Made by a program: the position numbers and the translations under genes. The notes beneath the pieces were generated by a model that was given only the letters and a program-made list of their open reading frames with translations, had not been told where the DNA came from and made no database searches. From the NCBI GenBank assembly GCA_905178155.1, contig CAJINV010000014.1:2265923-2329922 (forward strand): 64,000 bases of DNA. Direction: 5' to 3'. Shown here piece by piece: positions 26,428-37,681 of this stretch (the stretch's first letter is position 1; each line of letters opens with the position of its first letter). This DNA is from Amoebophrya sp. A120. Taxonomy: Eukaryota; Protista; Dinoflagellata.

Positions 26428-28574
26428 CTCGTCCAAGCGGTTTGGCTCGTCGTGGCAACGGATCCTCGCGTCCCACCGAGCAAACAGGTTGAGCTAGGTG
26501 ACGATGTAGTTGAAGGCGCGTAGACTGCAAATAAAATACTAATACACGATGACTAATATTGAAGCGAACTGAAACTAGATGATGCGAATTTATCTGGTAG
26601 TTGTGGATGATCCCCATAGTTTTTCTCTGCAATTTTCTGATTTTATTGCGATGTAGAAATTCTCTTGTATGATGTCGATGTGTAGTAATCCTCGACGACG
26701 ATGTGGCGGTAAGTGGAGCTGCAATTGTTGCGTTCCTGGTTTTGCATATGCGTTTTAACCCCAACACCGCCAGACGCTGCGCAAGAAGGCCGGCATGATA
26801 TTTCTCTCTCTTACCGACCATCCTACTGCTCACTCATAGACTGACACTGACATGACCGGACTCGTAAAACCTTCTTGCGCAGCCCGACGACACGAAAGTT
26901 AAAATCCATACTGCAAAAAGTCCTCCGGTGGAATGGTGATTCGTAATCGTATAGATGTTGTAGGTAGTTGCAAGCAAATGTGATCTTCGAGACGGGCAAA
27001 AAATTTTGCCGCTGAAGATATAGTTGTGGGAAGTATATCGAAGGCAAAAGAATATTCGTACATATCACGACAAATCAATTTGAAATGCCTACGATTTGTT
27101 ATGCCGAACAAAGCCCAAGCTGCGCGAGGTCGTCCACGAATGCATAGCAAATCCTGGCATTGCAAACTAATTGACTCAATGATAGACCATATTCCAAGTA
27201 CCTTATGCATAGGCGATAGTGAAGATGATGAAGATGATGATTTAGACTTTGATCATAGTAGATATTCTGCGTGCAGGGGGCAGCCGGTGCTGGCTCGGAA
27301 TGGTTTTCAGGAGCGCGGCTCGTAACGGGTGGAGTGGTTCGTCCGCCACACGTCACGTCCTCACTGGATCGAGAGCCGGCACAGCAGAACGTACTAGCAC
27401 AAGCCCAGATACAGGATCATGACTGCCAGTCCACAGTTTGCGGTGACGCTTATGGAAGGCAAGACGACACGGACCGTGAGATCAGTGCTTTGCGGTCAGT
27501 TGGCATGCGGAATAAAGGGTCAACAATTTTTAATATCAATGCGAATGATCATGCGAGGAATGGCGGGACGAAAATGGAAGATGGGAACGACAATCGTCCG
27601 CATGGCAACTGAATAAACCCGCAAAGATCACTGACGAGAGCGGACATTCGCAGGCCATAGTTTTGATGTTGTCGCGGCAGGGGCGGTAGGAAGAAATTAC
27701 TCACTTACTTGCAAAGCAACGCAGAAATACAAACTCAGTTCGTGCGGAAGGAAAAACTAAGTATGTTGTACTGGTGTAAATGACTGCAGAAAGATGAAGA
27801 TGTGATTATGACAAGCGTCTGGAGATGAAGAGGTCGTTTATTTTTTGTGTTGAATGCGAAAAGAAGATGAAGTAGATTGATCTAATTGTGCGAAGCTCGT
27901 GAATCTGCAATATGCCGCTGGAAGAACTGCAAGTTGAAGTTCTCGTCGATGAAAGTGGTGTGCTCGTCTCCGCAGCGGCCTTGATGAAAAAGAAGTTCGC
28001 GAATTTTCGTATACAGAGGACTTTTCCCAGATACTACTTGTTAGAACTGTGGGTGCTGCAAGCTCCATGAAGTACTTCTGCTCGTGTCGTGCAAGCTCGT
28101 GTAGCTACAACTGCTCGATGAATGTAGTTGGTCGGCTTTAACATCATGCTGCATCATCATCATGCTCTGGTGACCACTTCGGAAGAAAACAATCGTGATC
28201 GTGACAACTCCGAATAAAATGCAACTCCATGCTTCAGCTCTAGTGATGTCGAAGGAAATTACGTCGTGTTGATCATGTGCTGACACTTTTACGTCGTGCT
28301 CCTGGATGAAGGATTTACAGAAACCGGACGGAAATTGAAGAAAAACCCCTGGCAGATGATGTGATTTTTGAAGATGAAGATATTACGAAGATACCCGTTG
28401 TACCGCAGCAGGACTGGAAGGATGATGTTGAACTTGAAACCGGAACCGCAGGAAATACTGAAGCTCACGCTTGGTCGTGTCGGTATGGTTCTTGTTCTGC
28501 TCCAGGTCCTGGTCCTTTCACGACATGTAGTCCTGCACAATCTTCTGCTCTACAGCTGCTTCACCTCCTGTTCT

Positions 28575-29024
28575 TCACTTGAAATTGGTGTAAAACCCGC
28601 CGTAGGGACTCCTGCCAAAGCCCTGCTGCGACTTGGGATTCCGGAAGTCGCCGGTGTAACCCGCGGTCTTGACGTACAGCTTGGTGCTGTCGGTCCACTT
28701 GCTCTCCACCGGCTTGGTCTGGCAGATCTGCGGGCCGCACACGCTGGTTTTTTCGAGTTGGTAATTTTCATGCACAATTTTGTGAACGAAATACTCTTCC
28801 ACTTTGTCCATCGTCAGGCGGAATTCGTCCTGCGGCTTCAGCCAGAGCCCGATCTGCTCCTTCTCCCGCGCGTTCGCAAACTGCGTGTTAAAATCCCGCT
28901 TCGGGTTGAACTTCAGCTCTGTCCTGTGCTTCGGGATGGTCACGTCCTCCGCGAGAGTTGGGGGCTGGTAGCCGCGCTGCCGGTGCGGAGGGATCCGCAT
29001 CTTACGCTCGAGAACCGTTGACAT
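28575..29024 (-). CDS. 149-aa protein, possibly a flagellar microtubule-inner protein (CFAP276-like C-terminus)
   Basis: Clean ATG-to-stop ORF with strong GC3 bias. The C-terminal GFGRSPYGGFYT resembles my recollection of the CFAP276/C1orf194 tail. Coding status is well supported, the function call is weak. Confidence 0.65.
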   Translation of the reverse strand: MSTVLERKMRIPPHRQRGYQPPTLAEDVTIPKHRTELKFNPKRDFNTQFANAREKEQIGLWLKPQDEFRLTMDKVEEYFVHKIVHENYQLEKTSVCGPQICQTKPVESKWTDSTKLYVKTAGYTGDFRNPKSQQGFGRSPYGGFYTNFK

Positions 29025-30369
29025 GTTGATTTGTTGATCTGGCTCTTGATGTTCTGCTTTACTAGGTTTCTACTCTTACTTTTCTTGGAAAAGGACAACA
29101 AGATCAGCTCTAATAGCACGACTTCTGCTAACGGCCCTACTATTTTTGTTCTTCAAATGTGATTTGTGATGATACGTGAAAGCTTTACTTTATTAAAGGA
29201 TGGATGCGTAGCTCAAGATCAAGTCCTACACTTATCGCTCAAGAAAAACAAGAACAATACATGCAAGCACCGAAGATGAATTATGTCACTCAAACTCTGC
29301 TCAATCAAGCAAACAAACAAAAACTGAAGTAGCACCTGCAAAATATTAGTCTTCTACGGGGGTAGATATGCTTTGAACTATGGGGGACTACGGGGCTGCT
29401 GCTGTGATTGCATGAAAGAAACAATCAAATAGAAATACTTCTCTAGTAGCACTAGAACGTTACAGAAAAATCATGAGAATGAATGAGGACGAGGTAGGCC
29501 TGGACGTGACCTGTGCTGTGTCGAATAATACTACGGCATATTCATGCTGCACGTATTGAAAGAGTACTATATCTCGCTCATCTTCGACGGTGGACGAAAA
29601 AATTGCGCTCTTCTGGTCTTCGCTAGGGTGTACGTGCGTGTAAGTTTTTATATCTTCTCACCAGTACGTCGATAGCGATATCCGAGACTGTACATGTTTT
29701 TGTCGCGATTTCAGAAAAGTTCTTGTACGAACCGAGGTAATTCAAGCTTTTCTTGTCCTGCTCGTACTTCTCATCTCTAAGACCGACCTCCTTGTTTCTT
29801 TGACCTGTGTGTCCAGATGCGACCAGCCAAGAATTTCATCTCCAATTGTTGCAGTTCAAAAAAAAATTTGACAAAATTACCGAATGATCATAATAAATGC
29901 TGTATAGCTGTCTCTCTGTAGTGCTTGTGCTTCAACCTCATCTCGCTATACATAGATGTAGTTTCGAGGAAGTGGCCCATCGGCCTCATCTCTAGTTCAG
30001 AACAACAACCGCGTCAAACGAGCAGCTCCTCCATGAGGTCGTACTGACACTGCAACAGGCCTGAATGTAGCGCCTGTGCGAGGAGTGAGAGGACGAAAAG
30101 TAGAGAGAGCCTACAAATCTACTTCTACATGATAAAATTATCTTGGAACCCCTGCTTGAGTGAAACACAAAGACAGCTTCATTCGGATAAAATTGAAATT
30201 AATTCTGACGTATGAAGAGGAGAACAATGTCAGAGTCACTAACGCACGACGAGACTGCAAAACTAAAACTAAAGTAAAAATCCAAATTTTTCTATTTGAT
30301 CAATACGGTAGTGGCACAACACGCAGGAGTTGCTAAGGCTCGAGCGATCTAATTGTGTAGTGTTTTACT

Positions 30370-31964
30370 TTACTTTCTCAAAACTTTGAGAATATGCGAC
30401 TCGACCTCGTGCCCGGTCGCTGCGAGAAGATGGACATTGGCTTGAGGACCCAGGCTCGTAAGCGGATCTTCCTGATGTTTGTTCTTTGCAATCAACTCCT
30501 TCCAAGTCGTGTGCTCGAGGATCTCGAAACAGCACTGGTCTTCGTCGCTCCTGATCGCAGCCGTGGTCGTATTCTTGTGCTGTAGCTTGGTCGGGTCTGC
30601 ACCAGAGGACGGCCGCTGCACGACCGGGCTGGTCAGCAGCTGCTTCAGCCTCTGCACCTGAAACCCGCCATTGCTGCGCTCCTGCACGAGCAGGAAGGCA
30701 ATGCCGCCCGGTTTGGTCAGCCGTTTCTTCAGCACGGCGGCAAGCGGCTCCTCTTGGGACGGGAAATATAGACAGTCGGACGCAATCACGACGTCTGGGG
30801 ACGAAATTGTTCTTGTAGTACTAGAGATCGACTCTGACTCATCTGTGGTTCGTCCTGACGCGTCCGCAAACCGCGTTTCCAAGCGGTACGCGTTGGACCA
30901 ATGTCGCTGCTGCGTTCTTTGCACCTCGTGCTCTTCATCTTGCACGACATCGTCTTCCCAGAGGTGGTGGTAAAACTCGAAGTCGCAGTTTTTCTATCAA
31001 CGGGAAATACACTCGCGGGATCGCACTGTTGCAATAAGTGGTCGCCAATTTTGTATAATTGTGCACCATTTACAAAAGTTTTACTTACCGATAACGATAA
31101 GTACATGTCCAACATCCTAACGGCGTTGATGTGGATCGCTGGTGTAACTGCCTAGAGAGGCACTGGCACAACTTTTTTTGAAGATGATAATAAACACGAC
31201 GGCCACGCCTGCAACAGTGTGATTTACCGAGGAGCCGCTGATATACAACAGTTAGTGCCACGACCAGCACGGGATCTGCGCTCTGCTTCATCTTGTTCCT
31301 GGTCCATCTCCGGTTCCTCGTCCAAGAAGGCCACTTGCGCCGCCAATTTCGCCAAGGCCCGGTCGTCGCAATCCAGAAACATCACCTTGCTTGCACCGTG
31401 AGCCCCCGCGGCCAGCCCGGCGAGGCCGCACCCGCAGCCGATTTCCATGACCACTTTGCCTCTGACGTCCAGAAAACCGGTGGATATCAAGTACGCCGTC
31501 ATATAAGCCGACCGCCAAATCTTGGTCGCGATCGTGTCGCGCTCGTCGTTGTTGAGCAGCTCCAGCGTCTTGCCGCTAGCTGGGAAGTGAAAGCTGATAC
31601 AACCTTTGCGACTTGAGCTACAAGTTGTCACTTTCTTGATGCAGCCATCATCCTGCGTACTTGCTGCGCCCCGGCAGGAGTTGTTCTTGTTTTTTTCTGC
31701 TCCAATTCCAGCAGTAGTAGAATTATCGTGGTGATCCTCATCAAGATGAAGATCCTCGCCTGCACTTGTAGGAGTCGAGAAGAACGGTGTGGTGGAAGCC
31801 AGTGGACTTCTTCCCATCGAGCCTGACGTTGCACAGGTAGAAGTTGAAGATGCCATAGAGATAGGTGTACCAGCCGCTCGTCCTGTGGTGGCAAGCTCCT
31901 GGTCCTGCGAGGCAGCCGACGTATCGGAGAGCGCTGAAACAGGGTCGTGCTGCAATCGTCCCAT
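30370..31964 (-). CDS. SAM-dependent protein methyltransferase, Methyltransf_16 (METTL21-like) family; internal splice junction unresolved
   Basis: The 5' ORF has IWRSAY...VMEIGCGCGLAG...VMFLDCD (motif I and post-I). The 3' ORF has HHLWED and DVVIASDCLY (DxxY motif). The two parts are in different frames across about 30990-31250. Confidence 0.82.
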
Positions 31965-32121
31965 CGTTTCTGCTACTGCTGTGGAAGGTGGAAATGAATA
32001 GATATTGTTTTTAAGGTTCAGAATGAGAATTCCTTCGATCGGTACTAAAAGCTAATTACGCACAACGGCGAGTAGGAGTACAACATCTTCACTAATTGTT
32101 CTCAGTTTGTTCCCTGTCGTA

Positions 32122-32610
32122 TCAATTTGTACCTACACAGCCATTCTGCCCGGTTATAACTGGTAGATGTTGGCGTGTGCGATCGTCACCATCGCTGATA
32201 TTGATGCCAGTCTCGTCTCCATTGTCGTCGTCGCTGGTGGTATCTTCAAATAGATTCCAAATGATTTCGTTTTCCTCGTACAACTGGTACTGGAGTTGTA
32301 CTTTTTTTTCTTTACACAGAAAAGATCCCGTGACTTTTGACGGATTCGCCTCTTTATTCATATTTGCACGCGTTGTGCTGTCGGCTACTAGCTCTTCGTC
32401 TTCGCTCGTAGTTTTGGCTGTCGCGGTAGCAAGCATGTTGATCTTGGCCTTGCCCCCCGTCCTTCCGCACGCTTGTTTTCCTGGTGAACTTTGCTCTTGA
32501 TGCACCATCGTCGTTGCACCTCCGAACGGCGCTGGTCGTGCTTGTGGTCCTTGATTCATCGCGCAAGCGATGGCAACGGTGGACGAGTGGGCGGTGCTGC
32601 TGTTGCTCAT
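32122..32610 (-). CDS. Hypothetical protein (162 aa)
   Basis: ATG-initiated ORF co-oriented with neighbours and of similar composition; no recognisable domain. Confidence 0.4.
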   Translation of the reverse strand: MSNSSTAHSSTVAIACAMNQGPQARPAPFGGATTMVHQEQSSPGKQACGRTGGKAKINMLATATAKTTSEDEELVADSTTRANMNKEANPSKVTGSFLCKEKKVQLQYQLYEENEIIWNLFEDTTSDDDNGDETGINISDGDDRTRQHLPVITGQNGCVGTN

Positions 32611-33574
32611 TTGATGAGCCGCAGCTTACGGTACGAGCAGACAGAATAAAATTGCTCCTGAAACAGGCTCAATCAACAATCATCGCCTGCACCTAATGTT
32701 GTCGTGTCAGACTTACTCTTACAATAATTATGTGTACAGGAAGCTCGCCGCGGGAAAAAACTTTGGGCGGCGATTGCGGGTATAAAAAAATTAAAATGCT
32801 GTCCAACAAAACTGTTTTGACAGCGGGTTTGAAAAAAGAAGCAAGTAGTAGAGGAAGTCCCATTGTTCAAAAAATGTACAAACATTTCAGGCGACAAATA
32901 CTGACCAAGGATCCAGAACGACGTCGACCCAACTAACGTTGCGCGCTGCTGGTTGCGCGGACCTTCAGAGGTAGTTCGGGATCGCCTACTTACGGAGGTC
33001 GTCTCTCAACACATCTAAAGCAAGTCAGGCATCCTTGAGAAGATCCATTCGTACTAGCGCACCTGGATCATGATCCATTCAAATGCCTGAGAGAAGTGCC
33101 AAATCACAAGACGGCATAATGACGACGGACCTGAATTTCAAACCTAAAGTACACCAGGGACCGTATTGGAATAAACTTGTGGCCGCAACATACGCAACAT
33201 ATAACCCGCACGACCAGAAGATCGGAGTGATCATTTTTGTTCATCCATATGAGCTTGATCGTGGAGCACAGTTACAGTTATAATTTATCTGTTGCAAGAG
33301 CAAGAGCATTTCTTTTTTGTATCACTGTGGGCCGGACAGTCGTGCGCGTACTTTCTACGATCTTCTTGTTGCGATCAAGGTGATACACGCACAATCATGA
33401 TTCTGCGACGAGCAGGACGACAGCTCCATGATATATCATGATAGCACTAGCTCTAGGAATCGCCACGTTGAGCCTTTACTGGTTTTTGATTTGCGCAGAT
33501 GCAAACTGTCCTCTTCCCAAGAACAATGCATGATGACACCAAATAAAAAAAAAAAAGTATGCTGCTCCATGCTT

Positions 33575-36500
33575 CTACAGGTCTGGATTTGACGACTCCA
33601 TCAGGCCACTTGGCACGCTGCCCAGCATTGCATCACCTAGAATAAACTGCTGGTCCCCGAGGTTGTTGGAGTTGGTCGTGTCTGCTTCGCCCAATTTGTT
33701 GCGATACTGCGCCAACAGATCCGCGAACGAGGCCGACAAGCGATTCATCTCGATGGAAGAAGAGGTAGAAGAGGCAGATGATTCCGATCCACCTGCTGCC
33801 CCATTTCTGCTCGCACCGCTCGAAATAGATGTAGTTGCTCTACCGGGGGAAGAAGAGCTGCCAGCAGCCAAGCTGTTTCTCATTTCTTCCAGGTTTACAA
33901 AAGCGCTAGACGCTTCCTGCAGGGCCGTTTCCATCAGTAGCAACCGGCTGGAGTTGGAGGCGGTAGTGCTATTTGCCGTGGCCGTGCTCACCGCGGCCAG
34001 GGTGGGCGACAGGCCCTGCTGCAACGCACTGAAGGTAGAATTCAGCCCGGCTAGGGAAAGCAAGGAAGTACTTGCCACCGCGGTGGGGCTGCTCTGGGCA
34101 AATTCGGCGGACGTGGGCTCGTAATCCAGGGCCAACTGCGTCGCGGTTTTGGAATGAATGGGAAGATTTTTTGTTTTCTACACATTTATATTTTTTGATG
34201 AAAGACATAGTTAGACATCATCTGGAGAGACAAGCACGTAGGTAGACAAAAATCGATTTTCAAAAAAACGAACCTGCTCCGGCTGCGGCATCTCGAAGAC
34301 GAGCTTCTGTGCCCCGACTTCCTGCAGAGTGTAGAGCCATTTGAGCAGTAGCGTTTGCTTGGAATTGTTGTACTGCATGGTGTCTGCACCCGTCACAAAC
34401 GCATCTCCGAGCTGCTCCGTATCATACTGAATCAGAATCGCCTGGGCCACCTTCTGCAGCAGTGTCATCTCGGCATTGCGCAACGCTGCATGAAGCAGCC
34501 GATCGCGCTCGACCTAACGATCATTTGTCATTATACGTGATTCTTGTCATGTAGTGGTCAGTAGCCAACCCAATGATCATGCGATGTCGCCATAAATGCA
34601 AGTGAGTATCAATCTTGTTCGGTACTATCGCAATTTCATTCAACACAGTCACAGTCAGCTGTAGCTGTACTCAAGAATAAACACGACAGCAATTTATTTC
34701 CTTTATTTTTACCTTCGCCACTTCCACCTTCGTCAGAGCGTCTATTTCAGCCGTTTTGCGTATGCATGCGAAATTCTGACTATCACTTTTTCGCGACCGG
34801 CCTTCAAACTTCTAGAGCGACTGGTACAACTTTGATCATGCAGCAGATGCTCGATCGTGATGGATACTTTTCAACGACGAGTATGAGGCAGACGCAAACT
34901 ACCTTGCTCATGCATCGTGACATCAAAGAACTACTACATCGGGACGTCGAAACCTTGCAGGAGTGTAGAATATGGATGCTGTACGCCAGTCTACATACTG
35001 GTGCTCCTGTCCCTGTCGAATTTATTGGATTGCAAAGATCTCATGCGCATGCCAACTACGAGGAAGAACATCTCGACAGATAAAGAATTTCCGCATGGAT
35101 ATCTTTGGCGAAAATCGCGGCTTCTTTGGCCTGTCGTGCCAGTTCCGTGTCTTGGATGGCCGATTCCAGGCCCGTGGGCAGCTGCACCGCGACCAGCGAC
35201 ACCCGGTGCGTGGTGCAGTTCAGCGGCAGCAGAGAGGTCGTCACGCGCTGCTGCATCAACTGGCCGATGATCTCCCGTTTGGTGTAAAATTCCAACGCGT
35301 TGTGCTGGGACACCTCCGTGCGAATGGCCGCGGCAATGGACGCCTGCACCAGCCCCCGCCAGTTCTCGTCCCCGGTAGTTTCGAACAACCCAAACAGGGT
35401 CTCCTTCAGCTTATGGCGTTCTCAGCTGTTACACTCTCAACTGTTAAGTACATGGATTTGTGATGCTAAAACAACTGCAAGAATGGGAAACGTGAAAGGG
35501 AGGAGATTGCGCCTGTAGCATTACAAATTCCGCACAGATTTAGGCGCTGTTTGGCCCTAGGCAGATTTGTCGTGCGAAGCAGCTTGATCGCGTGGATGAT
35601 GTTGGTGCTTTTGCATGACAAATTCATGTAACAGTTGAGAATGTAACGTTTGAGAACCCCATACAGCTGGTCGCTCACTTGCGGAGCGTCGGACTTGTCG
35701 CCCAACGTGTTGTCGCGGCCGAGCCCCAGGGAGATGCCGGCAGCCGCTTCCACCTGGATGATCAAACCCTCGTACGACCGGCAGGGAAGGGTTTGCGCCT
35801 TGACCACAAAGTTTTTGCCCACCAAATCCGCGTCTTCGGCGGGCATTTGGCCCGCCAGACAGGGCGTGCAATCCTCGGCGCCGGTTTCGCACTCGTCTGC
35901 AAGGTCGCAATCTTCTTCCTCGGTGCCGCCTAGAACGTGTGGGAGGGAAAGCGAACGTGTTGGAGTTGCCAATCAATGCAGCAGCAAGAAAGGCCTCTGA
36001 AGAAGGCATTTTTCGCGCTTCATTACACTACAACTTTTGAACCTTACCTTTCGTAGAAAAAGCGCGGTGCTTGCCCACTTATCAAGATTATTACCTCCGT
36101 ATTCATTTTGGATGAAATAAAGCACAACACTTCCGCTTCCACTTCGATACAGGCCTGCTCTCGTCCATGAAGCTGAAAATCCTCGTATCAAACCAAAAAT
36201 GTGGCAACGACATTTTTTTGTCGTGGTCGTGGTTTCAGTATCACGACGAGGATATCGTCCACTGCTATAATTCTGCATGAGATGAAGCTGGTGCATCATG
36301 TCGTTCACGGCTAGCACCACAAATTCATCTGCAAAAAATGCCACCAGATTTTTGGCTGATACATTCGATTCGCGGGAAACTTCTTCCATTCGTGGCCGAG
36401 ACCTGTGATGAGGTGTAAACATAAAATGTGTTTGGCGCCATTTGTGTGGAATTTGCCATCGCCGATATAGCCAGCAAAAAGCATTTTCCCATTGGTGCAA

Positions 36501-36705
36501 TTATTCTTCTACCGAGAAAGTGTCTCCCTCCCTGCGCGACGCTGTCTTTGTAGATCTGCCTCGAATTCAGGTTGTACTCGATCCCCAGTTCTAGAGGTTC
36601 CAACACCGCAAAGGAGCAAGCGAACAGAATGATCGCAATGTTGAGCAAGCAGCAAAACCCGCCCGTCTTGATGGCGAAGAAGCACATCTCATCGTCGTCC
36701 ACCAT
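33575..36705 (-). CDS. SPFH / Band-7 domain membrane protein, about 8 exons
   Basis: N-terminal TM segment, then LEPLELGIEYN...GGRHFLG|LGHEWKKFPANRM|IFSF...CRSYEGLIIQVE...AIRTEVSQHNALEFYTKREIIG...VQLPTGLESAIQDTE and a coiled coil. GT-AG introns at 36403-36512, 34514-34712, 34136-34273. Introner introns at 36186, 35412, 34761. One uncertain junction near 35933-36149. Confidence 0.85.
34761..35101. mobile_element. Introner-like element / non-canonical intron (341 bp) with decayed TSD
   Basis: TIR TATGCATGCGAAATTCT vs TATCCATGCGGAAATTCT. Flanks on the coding strand are AAAGA and CGCAA, with only the last base shared. Removing element plus 5 nt gives IFAKE|TAEIDALTKVEVAK. Confidence 0.78.
35412..35663. 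mobile_element. Introner-like element / non-canonical intron (252 bp)
   Basis: About 35-bp TIR (TATGGCGTTCTCAGCTGTTACACTCTCAACTGTTA vs TATGGGGTTCTCAAACGTTACATTCTCAACTGTTA), perfect TSD CAGCT. Junction SDQL|KETLFGLF. Confidence 0.92.
35938..36149. mobile_element. Candidate degenerate introner intron (212 bp)
   Basis: Ends match 18/25 ungapped as an inverted repeat, with one terminus TGT instead of TAT and no TSD. Removing element plus 5 nt restores the SPFH frame. Confidence 0.45.
36186..36361. mobile_element. Introner-like element (176 bp) with canonical GT-AG boundaries
   Basis: TIR TATCAAACCAAAAATGTGG vs TATCAGCCAAAAATCTGG. Coding-strand flanks GAATG and CGAGG. Intron 36362-36182 reads GTATC...CGAG and restores FPANRM|IFSF. 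Confidence 0.85.
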
Positions 36706-37681
36706 GTTGGGCGGTTTTTGTGGAGCTGCTGGGCCTCCTCAAACCAACTCAAAGTCCTCGTGCTGATTGTACGAGAGTGCAAGAGTACGAGGTCCTGCTC
36801 GTGCTCGGAAGATTTCGCGGCTGTGAATGTCCTCCTGTCTTTATCCTTACACGTTATCGTTGATACGCGGCAAGAACCCGGACGAGTAGTGTGTGTGTGT
36901 GAGAAGGAAAGCGGCTCTGGATTAAAAAAATCCGACGGTTCTTGACGAAGCAGACCAACACCAACTATGGTGGGCAACAAGGTGCAACATAGACAAGTTG
37001 TAGTTGCATCGCAGTTGTGCACGATGCTGCGCGAAACAACGGAGAAGTATCTTGTTTGGTCTGCAGACTCACTCTTTCCCCTAGAAATTTTCCTGGCCTA
37101 GTTGTATCTCGAAGTAAGATGGTCGTGCTTCTTGTTTCGTACAAAAAGAGTTTTAGTTCGTTGAAAACAGCGTGAGGCTACAGCATAAAAGAAACCCAGC
37201 GCCGAATGGTTAATACAGAAACGGATGCTAGCGACGATGAATGAGGTGCTTCTACAACTTTTGTCTCTTATACCGTATTAATAGGTTGCCGAAGGTGCTG
37301 CGTCTGGGCCGCGCATGCTGTTTTCATTGCTAAACCTCCTGCCTATGTTTTTTTAGGCGAACAACGCAGAGCGAACTGGCAACTTCTGGTGCTGGTGACA
37401 AGTTGTGGAAACAGCGGACACTACCACCCAGACACAGAGACAGACTGACTGCATAGTCCAAAGCGATTCATTTTCATCTCATGAAATTAAATGCGAAACG
37501 GAAACGGTTGGAAGTTTGTCAATCATACAGATGCCTACGTGTCATCATCATCAACACGAATATTCATCGCAACAACGAACTCTTCCCACGAGCCGCTGCC
37601 GACATTGCGTTCATGAATGTGAGTTATAATTTTGTCAATGCCGGCTCCTACGTGCTACCAGTTACATTCACATCATCTGCC

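Noticed and set aside
27036-27210. TATCGAAGGCAAAAG start fitting TAT-N7-AAA, with an internal TTTGTTATGC
   Set aside because: No matching right-hand TIR or TSD was found; at most a truncated element.
33000-33283. DDGPEF word resembling an integrase DNGxEF motif
   Set aside because: The frame is full of stops and no other integrase motifs are present.
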